A stretch of DNA of 64,000 bases from Vicugna vicugna (taxonomy: Eukaryota), in NCBI GenBank assembly GCA_013265495.1, contig MU058636.1, positions 930,001 through 994,000 of the forward strand, read 5' to 3'. The notes under the pieces were generated by a model. It was not told where the DNA came from and made no database searches. It saw only the letters and a program-made list of their open reading frames with translations. Below are positions 11,936-24,267 of the stretch, piece after piece (positions within the stretch are counted from its first letter, which is position 1; each line of letters begins with the position of its first letter). The position numbers and the translations under genes were made by a program.

Positions 11936-12229
11936 CAGGGCTGTCCCATAGAAATATGCCAGCCATGTGTGCTTTTCCATTTTCTAGTAGCCGTACTGAA
12001 AAAGCAAAAAGAAGCAGGTGAAATGAACTTTAAGATGTTTTATTTAACACAATATGTTTGAAATATTATCATTGCAACATGTGGTCAAATTAATGATGAG
12101 ACATTGTGCTTTTTTTGGTGCTGTCTTTGAAACCCAGCGTGTGCTTTGGCCCGTGGTACCTCTCCTGACCGGCCACATTTCAGGTGCCCAAGAGCCACAG
12201 GTAGCTGGTGGCTACCATCGTGGGCAGCA
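11936..12229. mobile_element. MER33/MER3-type hAT-Charlie DNA transposon
   Basis: cagggctgtcccatagaaatat...cacatttcaggtgcccaagagccacaggtagctggtggctaccatcgtgggcagc. Confidence 0.75.
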
Positions 12230-12351
12230 GAGCCTAGACCATGTGAAGACCTTGACTTTTCCTCTGAGAGTGTTTTAAAATGTAGATTTTATTATTATGC
12301 AGGCGTGGCAAGGCCGGTGAATGGGAGAAACCTGGCACTGAGGGGTAGTTT

Positions 12352-12448
12352 GGGGCGGGGCACAGCTCAGGGGTAGCGCGGGGGTAGCGCGTGCTTAGTG
12401 TGCGCCAGGTCCTGGGTTTAACTCCCAGTACCTCCATTAAACAAAAAG
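12352..12448 (+). mobile_element. tRNA-Ala-derived SINE (Vic-1-like) with internal 11-bp duplication
   Basis: SINE head containing ggggtagcgcg twice. Confidence 0.85.
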
Positions 12449-13786
12449 TGTCAATAAAAACAGAAATAAAGTTAGTCGGTCACACTGACAGTTAACAAGA
12501 GAAGGGGACACCCTGCTCCACAGAGGGCCACTCGGAGGTCAGTCAGGAGGCAGATGGCGAGGGGAAACGTGGCTGAGAGCCTTCACTGTGGTTTCTGAGG
12601 AAGGGGCAGGGGAGGCCGGACAAGCCGGCTTAGGGTGGGCGAGCGTGCGTCGGGGGCTCTGGGGCACGGGGCTGCCCCTGGCTGTCGGGGACCTGGCTCT
12701 GTGTGTGATGAGGACAGGGGAGTGGGGGTCCTGAGCAGGGCAGCTCCACAGAGGGGGTGGGGGTGTTGATTGACATATGAAAGCACCCACAGGCCAGCGG
12801 CTCGCCATCTCTCTGAAATGGCCAGTCCTGGGAGAGGCCATGTCTCCAGGGTCAGCAAGTCCCCGAGATGTCAAAAAGCATCAGAAATACAAGGTTAATA
12901 CGGAAGGAGAAGGGAGCACTGCAGGGGTGGGGCCAAGGATGGGCGTGGCTCCCCGGACTTCGGCTTCCAGTGCAGGAGAGGTGCGCCGGGGAAGGTGGGG
13001 CAAGGGTGGACCAGGGATAGGAGGCTGTTGCAACACTCCAGGGGAGGGGGCTTGGCAAGGATGGTGGCTCCGGGGGTCAGGGGAAGCGGCTGCACGCTAG
13101 GTAGAGACAGACAGACAGACAGAACGAAATGATTCCTCCCCTAAGCACCTGGATGCTGAGCGGAATGAAAACAGGCACACTGTGCTTTGGGGGAAGAGAG
13201 GCTAGCACATTTGTGGAAATACTTACGTATTCAGTCAAATTCCGGGGGAGTTTAGACAGTGAAGTAATCCTGAAAGAGACAGAGTTATTCTCCGTTGGCT
13301 GCTCAGCACCCTCGGCCAGGCCTGGGTGGGTCCTTACGTCGCCAGGTGGGAGCTCCGGGTCAGAAGCAGGGTCTGTCCCCAGAGCGGGTTAGAGCCCGGG
13401 GAGGGCGCCCCGGGGGGGAGCCAGGCGCCTCTTACTCCAGCTGGACTTTATCTACACAGGCTGTCCCAGGCCTTTGCTGCAGGGAAGACGTTGTCAGAGG
13501 GGCCATTTGTCGTTCAGTGCTCCCTGCTGCCCGGCCCAGGGTCCGAGGCTCAGCTGTCAGCGGGGCGCGTTCTGACCAACAGCTCCCCGCCACCCATCAG
13601 ACTCCTCCAGCCTCCAGGCGGGAGACCCCAGAATGACTTGTTCATATTTTCTTGATCATCTCAACAGAAGGCCTTTGCTTTTCCCAGGGTCTGTCCTCGT
13701 TCATGCATTGTCGCTGTCCCCAGCCGAGCTCAGGAAGCACAGCCAGTGGGGACATCCCCCCTCTGCATCCAAAAACAAAGGTGGAT

Positions 13787-13970
13787 GGGGGAGGCTAGAG
13801 CTCAGCGGTAGAGTGTGTGCCTAGCGTTCACAGGGTCCTGGGTTCAGCCCCCAGTACTTCCACTAAAAATAAATAAATAACAGTCTAACTACTCCCCCAC
13901 ACTCCCCAAAATTAAAATAAAATAAACAAAACCTAATTGTCTTCCCCACCTCCCCCACCCCAAAAAAACC
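13787..13970 (+). mobile_element. tRNA-Ala-derived SINE (Vic-1-like) with duplicated tail module
   Basis: Head plus two ctaa(c/t)t..tcccc modules separated by A-rich sequence. Confidence 0.88.
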
Positions 13971-14499
13971 CAGCAGGGAAGGTGAGTGCAGCCATTCCAA
14001 GAGTTTAGAGCGGCATAAACTGAGAGAGAAGTGTCAGGTCTTTCCTGGGGGGCAGGGGCACGGGCTGGAGACTCTTTCTTTACCGCGTGTGCTTGTTAGC
14101 AACACGGCTGGCCTGTTAGCGCATGTGCCCCACATCACTGACTTCAAGGAGGCTCTGCTCAGAGAAGCTCCCTGAGAAGTTATACCTTAATCTGAAGTTT
14201 TCCCACCCGGAGCACACCTAGACGCCCTTCTCCTTGGCAGTGGCCTCAGAGTCCACTGAAGCCACATTGGAGACCTCATCTCATTTTTTAGAACAAAAGA
14301 TCACGATGTTACCCATCTTGATCCTATATATTATCCACCAGATTTGATTCTGGGTTATTTTTTGGTACTTCCTGAGCCCATTTCAAAATAAAACAAAAGG
14401 CCCCTGGCCTGAAAGCGACGACAATCAAAGGCTGCCAACGCATGCAATTTGTTATTTCATCGCTGAAGTAAGGGGATCGTTCCAGTTGAATATGTATTT

Positions 14500-15860
14500 A
14501 ATCTCTTCTTTAAAAATTGTTTTTTGAAAGATTGTTCTGAATTTATATTTAGAAAAGTTTACAAGTCATACATGCACAGGGTGGTGAATTTTCAGGAACC
14601 CAACACCCAATGCAACCAGCACCCGGACGGACACACAGACATTCACAGCAGCTGGAAGGCTGGACGTGCTCCTTCTGCGGGAGCATCCTCCCAGGGGATG
14701 GTGGCTCAGGGGAGGCAAGTTTTGCCCCTGGGATGCAAAACTCAGAAGTCTGCATGTGAGCCTCCTTACATTTTGCCCCAGGCACCCTGCTTCCCTCGCC
14801 CCAGCACTGACCTTGATCTGGACTTTTAAGAGCACAGATGAGTCCTGCCGGCTTTTGAGCTTCATGGAAATGGAATCATCCATTACACACCCTTTTGTGT
14901 CTGCCATCTTTTGCCCAACGTTATGCTGTGAGAGTCACCCAGAGTTCTGTATGGAGTTGTAGTCTGATCTCACTGCTGTTGAGCAGTGATTCTCGAACTT
15001 GAGCAGACACCTGGGGGCTTGTCAAAAACACAGATTTCCTGGCCCTGTCCCAGAGTTTCAGAATCAGTAGGTCTGGGGCAGGACCTCAGGGTTTGCTTTT
15101 CTAGACAGTTTCTCATGATGCGGATGCTTCTGGCCTGAGGACTGCGCTTGGAGAACCACCGCTGACCAGCGCTCTCTGTGGGGCTGTCCCACCTCCAATT
15201 TGTCCATTCTAATGCTGATGGGCAGCTGGGTGTCTGGTTTTGGATTATTTACAAATAGAGCTTCTCCAAGCACACTTGTGCATCTCCTTTGGAGAACTAC
15301 ATGTGCCATTCTGTTGGGTGGACCCCTAGGAGTGAATCACCAAGTCTTAGGGTATGCGTGGGGTCAGTTTTAGATAGATACAGGTTTCCAGAGTGGTCAC
15401 ATCCACTTCCAGTCTCAGCAGTAGTTTACAAGGGTTCTTGTTGCTCCACATCCTCACCGACACTTGACGTTGGCTGCCATTTTTCTTTCAGGCAGGCTGG
15501 TGGGTGAGCACTAGAACCTCACTGTGGTCTTGTGCTTTGCCCCGATGATGAATAAAACAGAAGACTTTTTCCTTTTTATTGGCCATTTGGGTATCTTCTC
15601 TTATGAGGTATCTGTTCAGGTCTTTGACCCATGTTTCTGCTGGTTTTCTGTCTTTTCTGGTTGGTTAGCAGGCATCCTCTATCAGTCCTTTGTCAGATGT
15701 GCACACCGCCAATGCCTCCTCCCACTCCGTGTGTGGCCTTTCCACCCCCTTAGTGTGTCTTGATGAACAGAAGTTCTTAATTTTAATATAGTCCAATCTG
15801 CCAGCTTTTTTTCTTTATGGATAGCATGTTTGTGTTTTCTAGAGAGATCTTTGTCTGCTC
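14500..15860 (-). mobile_element. Old L1 (L1MC/ME-like) fragments
   Basis: L1 motifs ttgctccacatcctcaccgacacttg, attggccatttgggtatcttc, gatgaacagaagttcttaattttaatatagtccaat. Confidence 0.75.
14984..15161. mobile_element. MER5A DNA transposon nested in L1
   Basis: Terminal inverted repeats cagtgattctc / gagaaccaccg; internal cagaatcagtaggtctggggc. Confidence 0.85.
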
Positions 15861-16562
15861 CAAGATTCCACGTGACTGTTCAGAAGTGGGCATCCAACAC
15901 TCACTCAGAAATGAAAGTTTGAGCAGTCTCTCCAGCCTTTCGGATCCAGGGCTGTCAACCATGGCATGTGCACTTTCATCTTATCACGTGTGGCCCCAGG
16001 TTTTCCCATTTGTGCTCCCTCCACATCGTCTGTGTTCCTACCCCGCCCCGCCCCCCAGGAGTCTTGGTTCATTTCTGACACAGGAAGCATCGCCCTCCAA
16101 AGGGGTAACAAAGTGGGAGGTGAGGAGATGGCCTGAGTCTATGCCCATGACAGATAATGCTAGATTCCCCATGTGCACCAGCAACCAAAGGTATAACACA
16201 GAATATTTGAATTTATTTAGGTTTTTATTTTGGAAACCATGACATGAATTTTCTTCCCTCTGCAGATCTGCCTCTGTCCTATGTTCTGCCAAGTCGAGCG
16301 CTGCATACCTCTGTAACAGGCCAGTGGGCAGGGCTGTGGGGAAAGGGGGGAACCCAGCTGGCGTGAGAGCGGGTGCTGCCACGGGGGCTCCACGAGGGAC
16401 CTGCCCTCTTCCCAGGACGCCTGGCGAGGGTTTCACCTGAGTCCGATGGTGGCCTGCCCGGCAAGCGGCCCCTCAGGAGGTAGGACACCGTGTGGAGAAT
16501 AGATGCTCAGTGGTACCCAAATGTGTAGCCTCCTCACCGGTGGGGAAGCTTGTTCCCAGGTG

Positions 16563-16925
16563 GTGTTGTGAGTCAGCGAGGGCCACCGTAACAAATACCA
16601 CATTCTTGTCTCACGGTTCTGGAGGCTGAAAGTCCAAAATCAAGGTGTCGGCAGGGTTGGCCTCTCCCGAGGCCTCTCTCCTTGTTGGCAGACCCTGTGT
16701 CCTCACTGGTCTTCCTGCTGTGCTCCACGTCCTGGCGTCTCTTTGTGAGTCCAGGTGTCTGCTTGTTATAAAAACACCGCAGGTTGGATGAGGGACCCCC
16801 GAAGGCCTCATTGTAACTGAATCCCCTCTGTAAACGCCTCTCCCCAGTTACAGTCACGTTCTGAGGGCCTGGGGCAGGAGGGGCTTCAGCACGTGAAGGT
16901 GGGGGACACAATTCAGCCCACGACA
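16563..16925 (-). mobile_element. MLT1 (MaLR) LTR
   Basis: gtaacaaataccac...ttctggaggctgaaagtccaaaatcaaggtgtcggcaggg...gggggacacaattcagcccacgaca. Confidence 0.88.
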
Positions 16926-17048
16926 GCGGCTCTCCTGTTTTCTTAGCGGAAACGAGCTCAGGTAAGCACGGGGGGGGGGGGGGCAAAGTCGGCCCCAGGG
17001 ATTAAGTACGACATTGCGTTCTTTTAACATTGTGTGCATTTTTACCTC

Positions 17049-17067
17049 TGTCCACTAGAGGGCAAAC
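17049..17067 (+). promoter_or_regulatory. Candidate CTCF site
   Basis: tgtCCACTAGAGGGCAaac closely matches the CTCF core CCASYAGRKGGCR. Confidence 0.55.
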
Positions 17068-18337
17068 TTTTAAAGTGCTTATTTTGAAACATGAACCTTA
17101 ATTTTCAACCCTTTATTGCACAAATAGTTCCTCTAAATTTAAAAAAAAAATTGTCAGAAACAGATAAGATTTGCACTGTTTATTAACCTCACTTATTAGC
17201 AGCTCAAATCTCAAAAGGCCTTTCTTCCTTTTCTGTAAAAGTTCAGGATCACAGCCTAAGAGAATTTTCCATTCCCAGGTGAGAGTGCCTTGAGAATTCA
17301 AAAATCAATTCAAAAAAAGCAACTCTTTGCTCACATCACCTTTTATTATACTTTGTATAATTTTAGTTCCATTATTTCATCTTCTAAAACCTTATCAGAT
17401 AATGAAAGGGTTATCATGCAACAGTAAAAAGACGACGCATTTTGAAGTTAGTACTGAATTTATCTGTTGGTTTATTCAGTTGCTCACTCGGTCAACAAGC
17501 ATTTGTTATCGTATGCAGGGCAATGAGCTGGGTTCCGGGTTCAAGTCCTAATTTTGCCATGTGGTGGCCTTTGGGACCACGGGCAAGCCAAACTTCCTGT
17601 ATTCCCACTTTCTCATTTGTGGAAGGGTCATGATGGCTTCAAGGACTGTTTTAGGATTCCATGCGGTCAGGTACTTGAAAAGTCTGGAAAACTTCAGGAT
17701 GCAAAGCCTTGTTCCACACTGGCCAAGTCTAATCTCCACCTCATAGAGCTGTTTTGGACCCCCTGCTTCTGTATCTCAAATTGCCCTTAGTGGCAGTTCC
17801 ACTGAGTTGGAAGAATGGAATTAGTGACACTGACATCAAATGGAGCCACCCAGCTCCTCTCTGGGCGCAGCTCCCTCTGCCCCAGCATGGCGTCCAGTCC
17901 ACACTGTCCACACGTCATTTCTAATCTACCTGTGAGCATAGCCACCGTCCATCAGATGACCATGTGCCAGGACTGCTCTGCAGAAATGAGCTCCATGAAC
18001 ACTCACAACCCCCTGGAGGGGCATTATTATGAATCCTGTGAGGAGCCCGGGGTCACAGGTGAGGCCAGATCTGCCTCTGAACTCACTGCTTTCGGCATCT
18101 CTGTAGCCACTGGCAATTAATCACACCCACCTTGTATCCCTCGCCTCACCCAAAGAGGACAGGAGATGTGCTCCTGGAACGTGCTCCTGCCTGCGGCCGT
18201 GGGCGTCTTCATCCGCCAGGAGCCCGGCCACTTGGGGCCCCTGGGGAGCTCTCTTATTGTTTAGTGGGCTAATGGAGGTCGGAACTGGCTACAGGCCAGG
18301 ATCGGCAGGCTGAAAAGTGAATAAACACAGCTCCAAT

Positions 18338-18590
18338 GGGGGGACAGGGGTGAGGACGGATAACTGGGGAGTTCGGGATTTGCAGATACACACTATTATA
18401 TACAAAACAGATAAACAACAAGGTCCTACTGTACAGCACAGGGAACTATATTCAATACCTTGTAATAACCTACAGTGAAAAAGAATCTGAAAAAGAATAT
18501 ATGTGTGTATAACTGAATCACTATGCTGTACACCAGAAACTCACACAACATTGTAAATCAACTATACTTTGATAAAAAAATACATAAAAA
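18338..18590 (+). mobile_element. L1 3' end (cetartiodactyl type)
   Basis: gggagttcgggatttgcagatac...aacaacaaggtcctactgtacagcacagggaactatattcaa...aatcaactatact plus A tail. Confidence 0.92.
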
Positions 18591-20988
18591 GCAGAAATTA
18601 TCCCCAAACTAAGACATTCAAAGGAACAGCAACAACAACAAATAGAGATTCAGATGGACAGAAGTGGAGGGTCTACCACCCGGGACGCCTGCATGCGGAG
18701 CCTGCAGTGAACCCCATGGCGCTGTGCCCAGGAAGTGCGTCTGCAGCAGGTGCCAGGCCGGGGCCCGATGGGCTCCTGGAGAGGCTCCTGGAGAGGCTGG
18801 GGAGGAGGCGAGGAGATAGGCTGGGGAGGGGCTGGAATGATCCGGTGTGCACCGGTGACAGCAGCCCGCTGGGAACTGCGTGGGCATACCCCATCCTCGC
18901 AGGGCCTGGGAGGATGGACCTGACTGGGTGCAGGGCCTCTGGAGGGGCTTGCGAAGGAAGCATGTGCTGAGTCTTCTGGGAGGACTCCGCGGAAGGAGGG
19001 AATCGAAATGGTGCAGAGGCAGGACCGGAGAGTTTCCTACAGGCCCGCTGTGACTGCTGTTCTGCCTCCTGTCCCCCTGTGTGGGGCCACTAGAGGGCCC
19101 TTGGGGCAGGGGTCTTTCCCACTCTTACCCTTTTTTGGGCGAGTGGGATGGGCTGGGAGAAACCAACTGGGGCCAGAACTAACCCAGCTCCACCATCCAC
19201 GTAGGCAGAGACCAGAACTGTCACCAGCCTCTCTGGATCCCCGGGAGCCTTGGAGGTGGGGGCTCCTGCTGCGTCTTCAGAATGGTGTCACCTCCTCTGA
19301 AACAGCATCGCATTTGCCACATGACACCACAGTCATCTCTTTGCAGTCAGGTCCCGTCACATCCACACTGAGCTCGACTGAATTCCACCGCAGGTGCTCA
19401 AAGAAAACTCTCAATAAAAAATAATGTCAGTAACGTGTGGGGCTCTGCCAGCCAGCCCCACCGTTAGCATACGCCCTGAGTGTGAACCTGTGAACATTCG
19501 CATCCAGTTCCGACCCTCTCGTGCTGGGAGCATCCCACACGCCCATGTTTAAAGCTACAACGCATATTTTTTGTACAACATGACCTCAAAACGCAAGCCA
19601 AGCCAAGTGCTTCCCCCGTGCTCAGCCTCGAAGCCGCCATCTGCTCAGCGCTGCGAGGACACCGTCAGTATTGTGTCCACCGCAAGGCGGGGTTTCGGAG
19701 CCAGCGCGCCTCTTCCTGGAGGGAGGCGCTTCCCCACAGGAGTTTCGATAGTGCTTGCCTTTCTCCTTGACGTCAAGAGTCTGTCTATCCGCTGCTTGAG
19801 ATGTGGTCCCAGGCTGGCTCTCCTCCTGCTCAGCCGGGGCTCCTGGAAGGCTGGGCCGTGTCTGATTCATGATTGTAGCCCCAGTGCACACCTGGCACAG
19901 GGTAGACCTGCTGCCATGAATGGGCGGGAGCCAGAGGGTGGTTAAGGATGGCTTCCTGGACGGCCTTGTTCATCTCCCTGAGGGAGGGCTGGCTGAGGTC
20001 ACGGGACAACCTGGTCAATGCTTCAGACCTGGGGGAGAGCGCACAGCTCTGTGTTCGCTGAATTCACCCACAGTGTCTTCTACTCTTTCCTTGGAGGGTC
20101 TGTCTTCTCCTGAACACAGACTTCACTGTAAGCTGCACCCCCTGCCAACAGTTACGGAGGGAGCCAGACACAGGGCGGTGCTTTTGGCTCCTGGATTCCA
20201 CTCTCTCATTTCTCACTTGCCTACTTTGCTGGACCCTCCTTCTCCTGACCTCCAGACACTGCGAGCCCTAGACTGTCTCCTCTTCCCATCCGCACACGCA
20301 TCATAAGTCATCCTGCCCGGCCCCGCAGATTTCACTGCTGCCCGGCACCGAGCTGCACAACGTGGTAGCCGGCAGGAGCCTCCATTTCAGGGCTTTGTCT
20401 TGGGGGAGCAAAGCGATAATCCTCACCAAGTGCCGGTACGTGCTAAACATCCCGCAGTGCTGGCAGGACGTGGCTGATGGTGTTAGTCAAACTGACAGCT
20501 AAGGAACCAGGAGCCATGTGACCGGACAGTGCAGGCTATGACCCAGGCTCATGACAGCCTGTACCAGCTCACCCAGAATAAGAGGCTCCGGGGAGGCGTT
20601 ATCTGCAGGGAGGCTGGGGAGGACATCACCGAATGTTTAAGAGAGAATCAAGCCCCACAGGGACCACAGGAGGTGGATCAGCACTTCTCACCCTCCGCTC
20701 TGTGTCAGCTCTGTCAGGTTGGAATCGCCACCACCTCCAGTCCTCCTCGCTTCTGACTCAGTGCATTTGACCTTATGGTCCCAGCAAGTGACATGCTGAT
20801 TTTAATGTGACATCTGTGGTCCTGGCAAGTTACAAGCATGTCGGGGAAATGAGGCTCTGAGACAGGCACCCAGCACGGGGACTGCAGCCCCCGATCCGTG
20901 ACGAGGTGGAAGGAAGCAGCCGCATCTCTCAGTGAGGTGGGTCTCCAGGTGTAGAGGGGCCGCACCTGTGATGTTGACGGGTCTGCAG

Positions 20989-21132
20989 GTGTCGTCCCAG
21001 AGCCACCACCTCAGTCTTGGAGAAACACACATGGGAGGGTGAGAAGAGCACGGAGGGGCTGGACACAGATCCCGTCGTGGGAATTTCCAAAATGCGGAAA
21101 CAAGAAGGAAACGTTGAGCACGAGACCAAACG
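20989..21132 (+). CDS. Unit B exon, 144 nt, phase 2->2 (CRPRATTSVLEKHTWEGEK...EHETK)
   Basis: Acceptor gtctgcag|G and donor CG|gtacgc; frame open. Confidence 0.5.
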
Positions 21133-21504
21133 GTACGCGATCTTTGATGATCTGGAGGACACTGATCTAGAACTGTGCGTTGCTTCAGGGTCATTTCCCT
21201 GAAGGAAACTTCCAGTGCACTGTAAACAGACAGAAGCTCACGTAAACACGTTCACTGTCAACGGTGACAGCTTCCTGCGCAATGGGGCTGATTTGCCCGT
21301 AGTCTCTTCCATTTACCGCCCCCCCCACCCGTGCCCAGAGTGATGCTAAGTGCTTTCCTTACACTTTCTCGCTTAATCCTTCCGGCCACCCTGAGAGGTG
21401 CGTGTGAGGAGGAAATGGAAGCTTGGAGACGACGTAGCTTGTACCCAGCCAATCAGGTAAAATGACAAGAGCTGAGACTCCGACACAAATGCCTCTAATT
21501 TAAA

Positions 21505-21700
21505 GGCAGATACAAAGTACTACATACAGGATAGAGAAACAACAGGGTCCTACTGTAGAGCACAGGGAGCCACATTCAGTACCTTGTAACAGCCGACAAT
21601 GAAAAAGACCATGAAAAAGAATGTGTGTGTGCATAGCTGAAGCACATGCTGCACACCAGAAACTAACCTGACATTGCAGATCAGCCCTACTAAACAAAAG
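21505..21700 (+). mobile_element. L1 3' end
   Basis: gcagatacaaagtactacat...aacaacagggtcctactgtagagcacaggg...tgctgcacaccagaaactaac. Confidence 0.85.
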
Positions 21701-21734
21701 CAATTGCTCTTAACCGCTGCTCTGCGCCGCCTAG

Positions 21735-21962
21735 AAGAACCCAGATGGCTTTGACGAGCGGAGAGGCTGCAGAGAAGCGGACAAAGGGGCAGAAATAAGC
21801 CGTGGCGAGGAGAGCAGACCCGCGAGGCTCCTGTGAAGTGCCCCCTCGCTTCCCCTCCAGGGGAGACCGCGTGCTCGAGAACAGCGAGACTCACACGGGG
21901 CGAACGCCGCTCCGCACAGACGGCGCCAGCTGCTTTCCACCCAGGGCTCAGGCTCACGTCAG
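21735..21962 (+). pseudogene. Unit B exon, 228 nt, phase 2->2, with premature TAA at 21796-21798
   Basis: Acceptor gccgcctag|A and donor AG|gtgagg. Single stop in the phase-compatible frame. Confidence 0.5.
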
Positions 21963-22928
21963 GTGAGGCGGACTTGACTGGATAGAGAGGAATCTAGAAA
22001 CCCACCCTGTTTCTGTTGCCCTTACGGTTTCCCATCCACCCTGCTGAGACCAACCTCTGAGACCAAGCCAGGATCTCTATTCTGTTCACAAGCACAACCC
22101 CCAACCTTGCCCCAGTCTACTTGGAATGACTTTTTGTCAGTCGTGGGCCCTGGCAAGAAGCAAATGGGACCCGCGAACTGGATAATTGAGGAGAGTTTGA
22201 CGAGGGGGCTGTTCACAAAGACTGGGGCTGGGATGAGGGAAACCACCAAAGTTCTGGTGAAGGTGTGAAGGCTCCTTAGCTCACCTGCCCTAGAAGGATG
22301 GTCGGGGGCAGGGAACCAAGTCCAGGCTGGAGAGGGTGCTGCAGGCAAGGCTGGCCAACCTGAACCCCTCCTGGTCAGCCCAGGGGGAGGGAGGGGAGAC
22401 CTGGGGGGGCGTATTCTAACTTCCTTCCTCCCCTGAACCCTGCCAGGGTCACCAGGCGAGAGAGCCTGTCCTGGCTCCCAGGACCCAGGGCGCGTGGAGA
22501 AAGATGGATATAAATGGATTTGGGTGGGGTTAATGGAAAACACTCAACACCATCCTCTCCTTCCAAGAAGTAAAAATGAAATTAAAATAATTAAAACCAG
22601 AGCAAAGAGACAAACAGGATACATTTTTAAAAAATCGAAACAAAAACCATAGATTAAGAGGTTACTAACAGACCTCTGAGCAGAAAACATCCCCAGGACT
22701 GTTTGGTTGGGCCTGGCACATGCCTTCCACACATTTTATCTCATTGCCAATGATTCAACATTGGGAGATTTGACACAGAAACCTGGATTTCCTGTTTTTC
22801 TTGAACAATCCCCAAATCCTACGCAATGGCCCCACGGTGGGAGCTGAGGCGATGCTGCCCCCTGGAGGTGAGACGGAGACGTGCCACGTCTGGTTCCGAG
22901 GTCCCCACCCTCCACCTGTGGCGCACAG

Positions 22929-23036
22929 GTGGGCAACTCGGACTCGCATCAGTGAAGACAGACTGATGGAACCGAGTGGAAAGACGAGTCCAAGCTTTCT
23001 GACCGTCAGGGCCGAGAGGGAAACTGTTCAGGCTTG
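22929..23036 (+). CDS. Unit B exon, 108 nt, phase 2->2 (WATRTRISEDRLMEPSGKTSPSFLTVRAERETVQA)
   Basis: Acceptor gcgcacag|G and consensus donor TG|gtaagt; frame open. Confidence 0.55.
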
Positions 23037-23267
23037 GTAAGTGCACCAAAAACAGGAGTTTTCTCTTGTTCCATTTTCCGAGAAGAGGCGCGCTAACTCC
23101 TTTTTCTCCTAACTCTTCATGCTCACAAGAAGCTCAACCCAAGGAGGCAAGGAAGTCGGGGAGCAAGGACAGACGAAATGGCAGAGCAACTCACCCTGCA
23201 GACTCTCCCGCTAGCAGGGCCTTGGCGCAGCTCAAAACCCTTCCCGGGCTCCCTGTTGCCCCCGGAA

Positions 23268-23487
23268 CAAAGGTTCTCAACAGGGGGACATCCGGCTGCC
23301 CACCCCCAGGCAGGGGGCGCATTTGGCAACATCTGGAGACACCTTTGATGGTCACGACTGGGGAGACGCTGCTGAGCATCCTGTGGGTGTGAACATCCCA
23401 CCGTGTACAGGACAGCCTCCTGCCCTGCCCCACGACAAAGACTTATCCAGACCCAATGTCAGGCGCGGCCAAAGCTGAGAAGCCCTG
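23268..23487. mobile_element. MER20 DNA transposon
   Basis: ggttctcaacagggg...catttggcaacatctggagacacctttgatggtcacgactgggg...gctgagaagccctg. Confidence 0.88.
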
Positions 23488-24210
23488 CGTGAGAGTAAAA
23501 TCCAGATTCTTTTGTCACACCTTCAGGATCTCCGTGCCTGCCCTGCCCGTATCAGCCACCTCCGCCCTCACCCCTGCCTCCCCCGACTCACACTCGTGCT
23601 TTTTGCTCACTCCTTCCATGATCTCGTCTACGTTTGTGCCTATGCAACAGCCTTGCACAGAGGCCATTCCCTCTGCCTGGAGCACAGACGCACTGGCCTT
23701 CAGCTGCCCGGGGACAGTCTACAACCGCAGGTGGCCCCTTAGAGATCCCATGACTTCGTGACGTGGCATCCCCCATCTTCATCTTCATCTCTGGACTAAA
23801 TCTAACCTATCGTATCCGCAGTACCTGTACCCCATGGCCACTCAACACCGCGGGATGAATGCATGACCACACCCTAATCTCTGGTCGTCCTAAAGAAGTC
23901 AAGTTCAGGTCTGTGTGGCGCAAGTTTTGTCTCCAATGTAATGAATAGGAAAAAAGCGGCTCTTGGGAGAAAGCGAATGTGTTTCGGACATTCACTAGCT
24001 CACTTCCGTAAAGAGTGGGGCTCCGGCAAGCCCTTGAAATTCCCCCTCTCATGAGAAAACATTTGGTTTGTAAGTTATTCTGACTTGGCTTTGAAAACCC
24101 AAGAACACACACAAGTTAATTACCATTCCTTGTTACTCAGCATGGATTCGCAGAAGTCCTCACTTTACATATTTATTAAGAAATCCATCGACCTGCATTT
24201 TTTTAGACAG

Positions 24211-24267
24211 GGCAATTTCAGACACTTCCTGTCTCCAAGAAGTCATGGCTAATATCGAATTCCAATG
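24211..24267 (+). CDS. Unit B exon, 57 nt, phase 2->2 (AISDTSCLQEVMANIEFQ)
   Basis: Acceptor tttttttagacag|G and donor TG|gtatgt; frame open. Confidence 0.5.
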
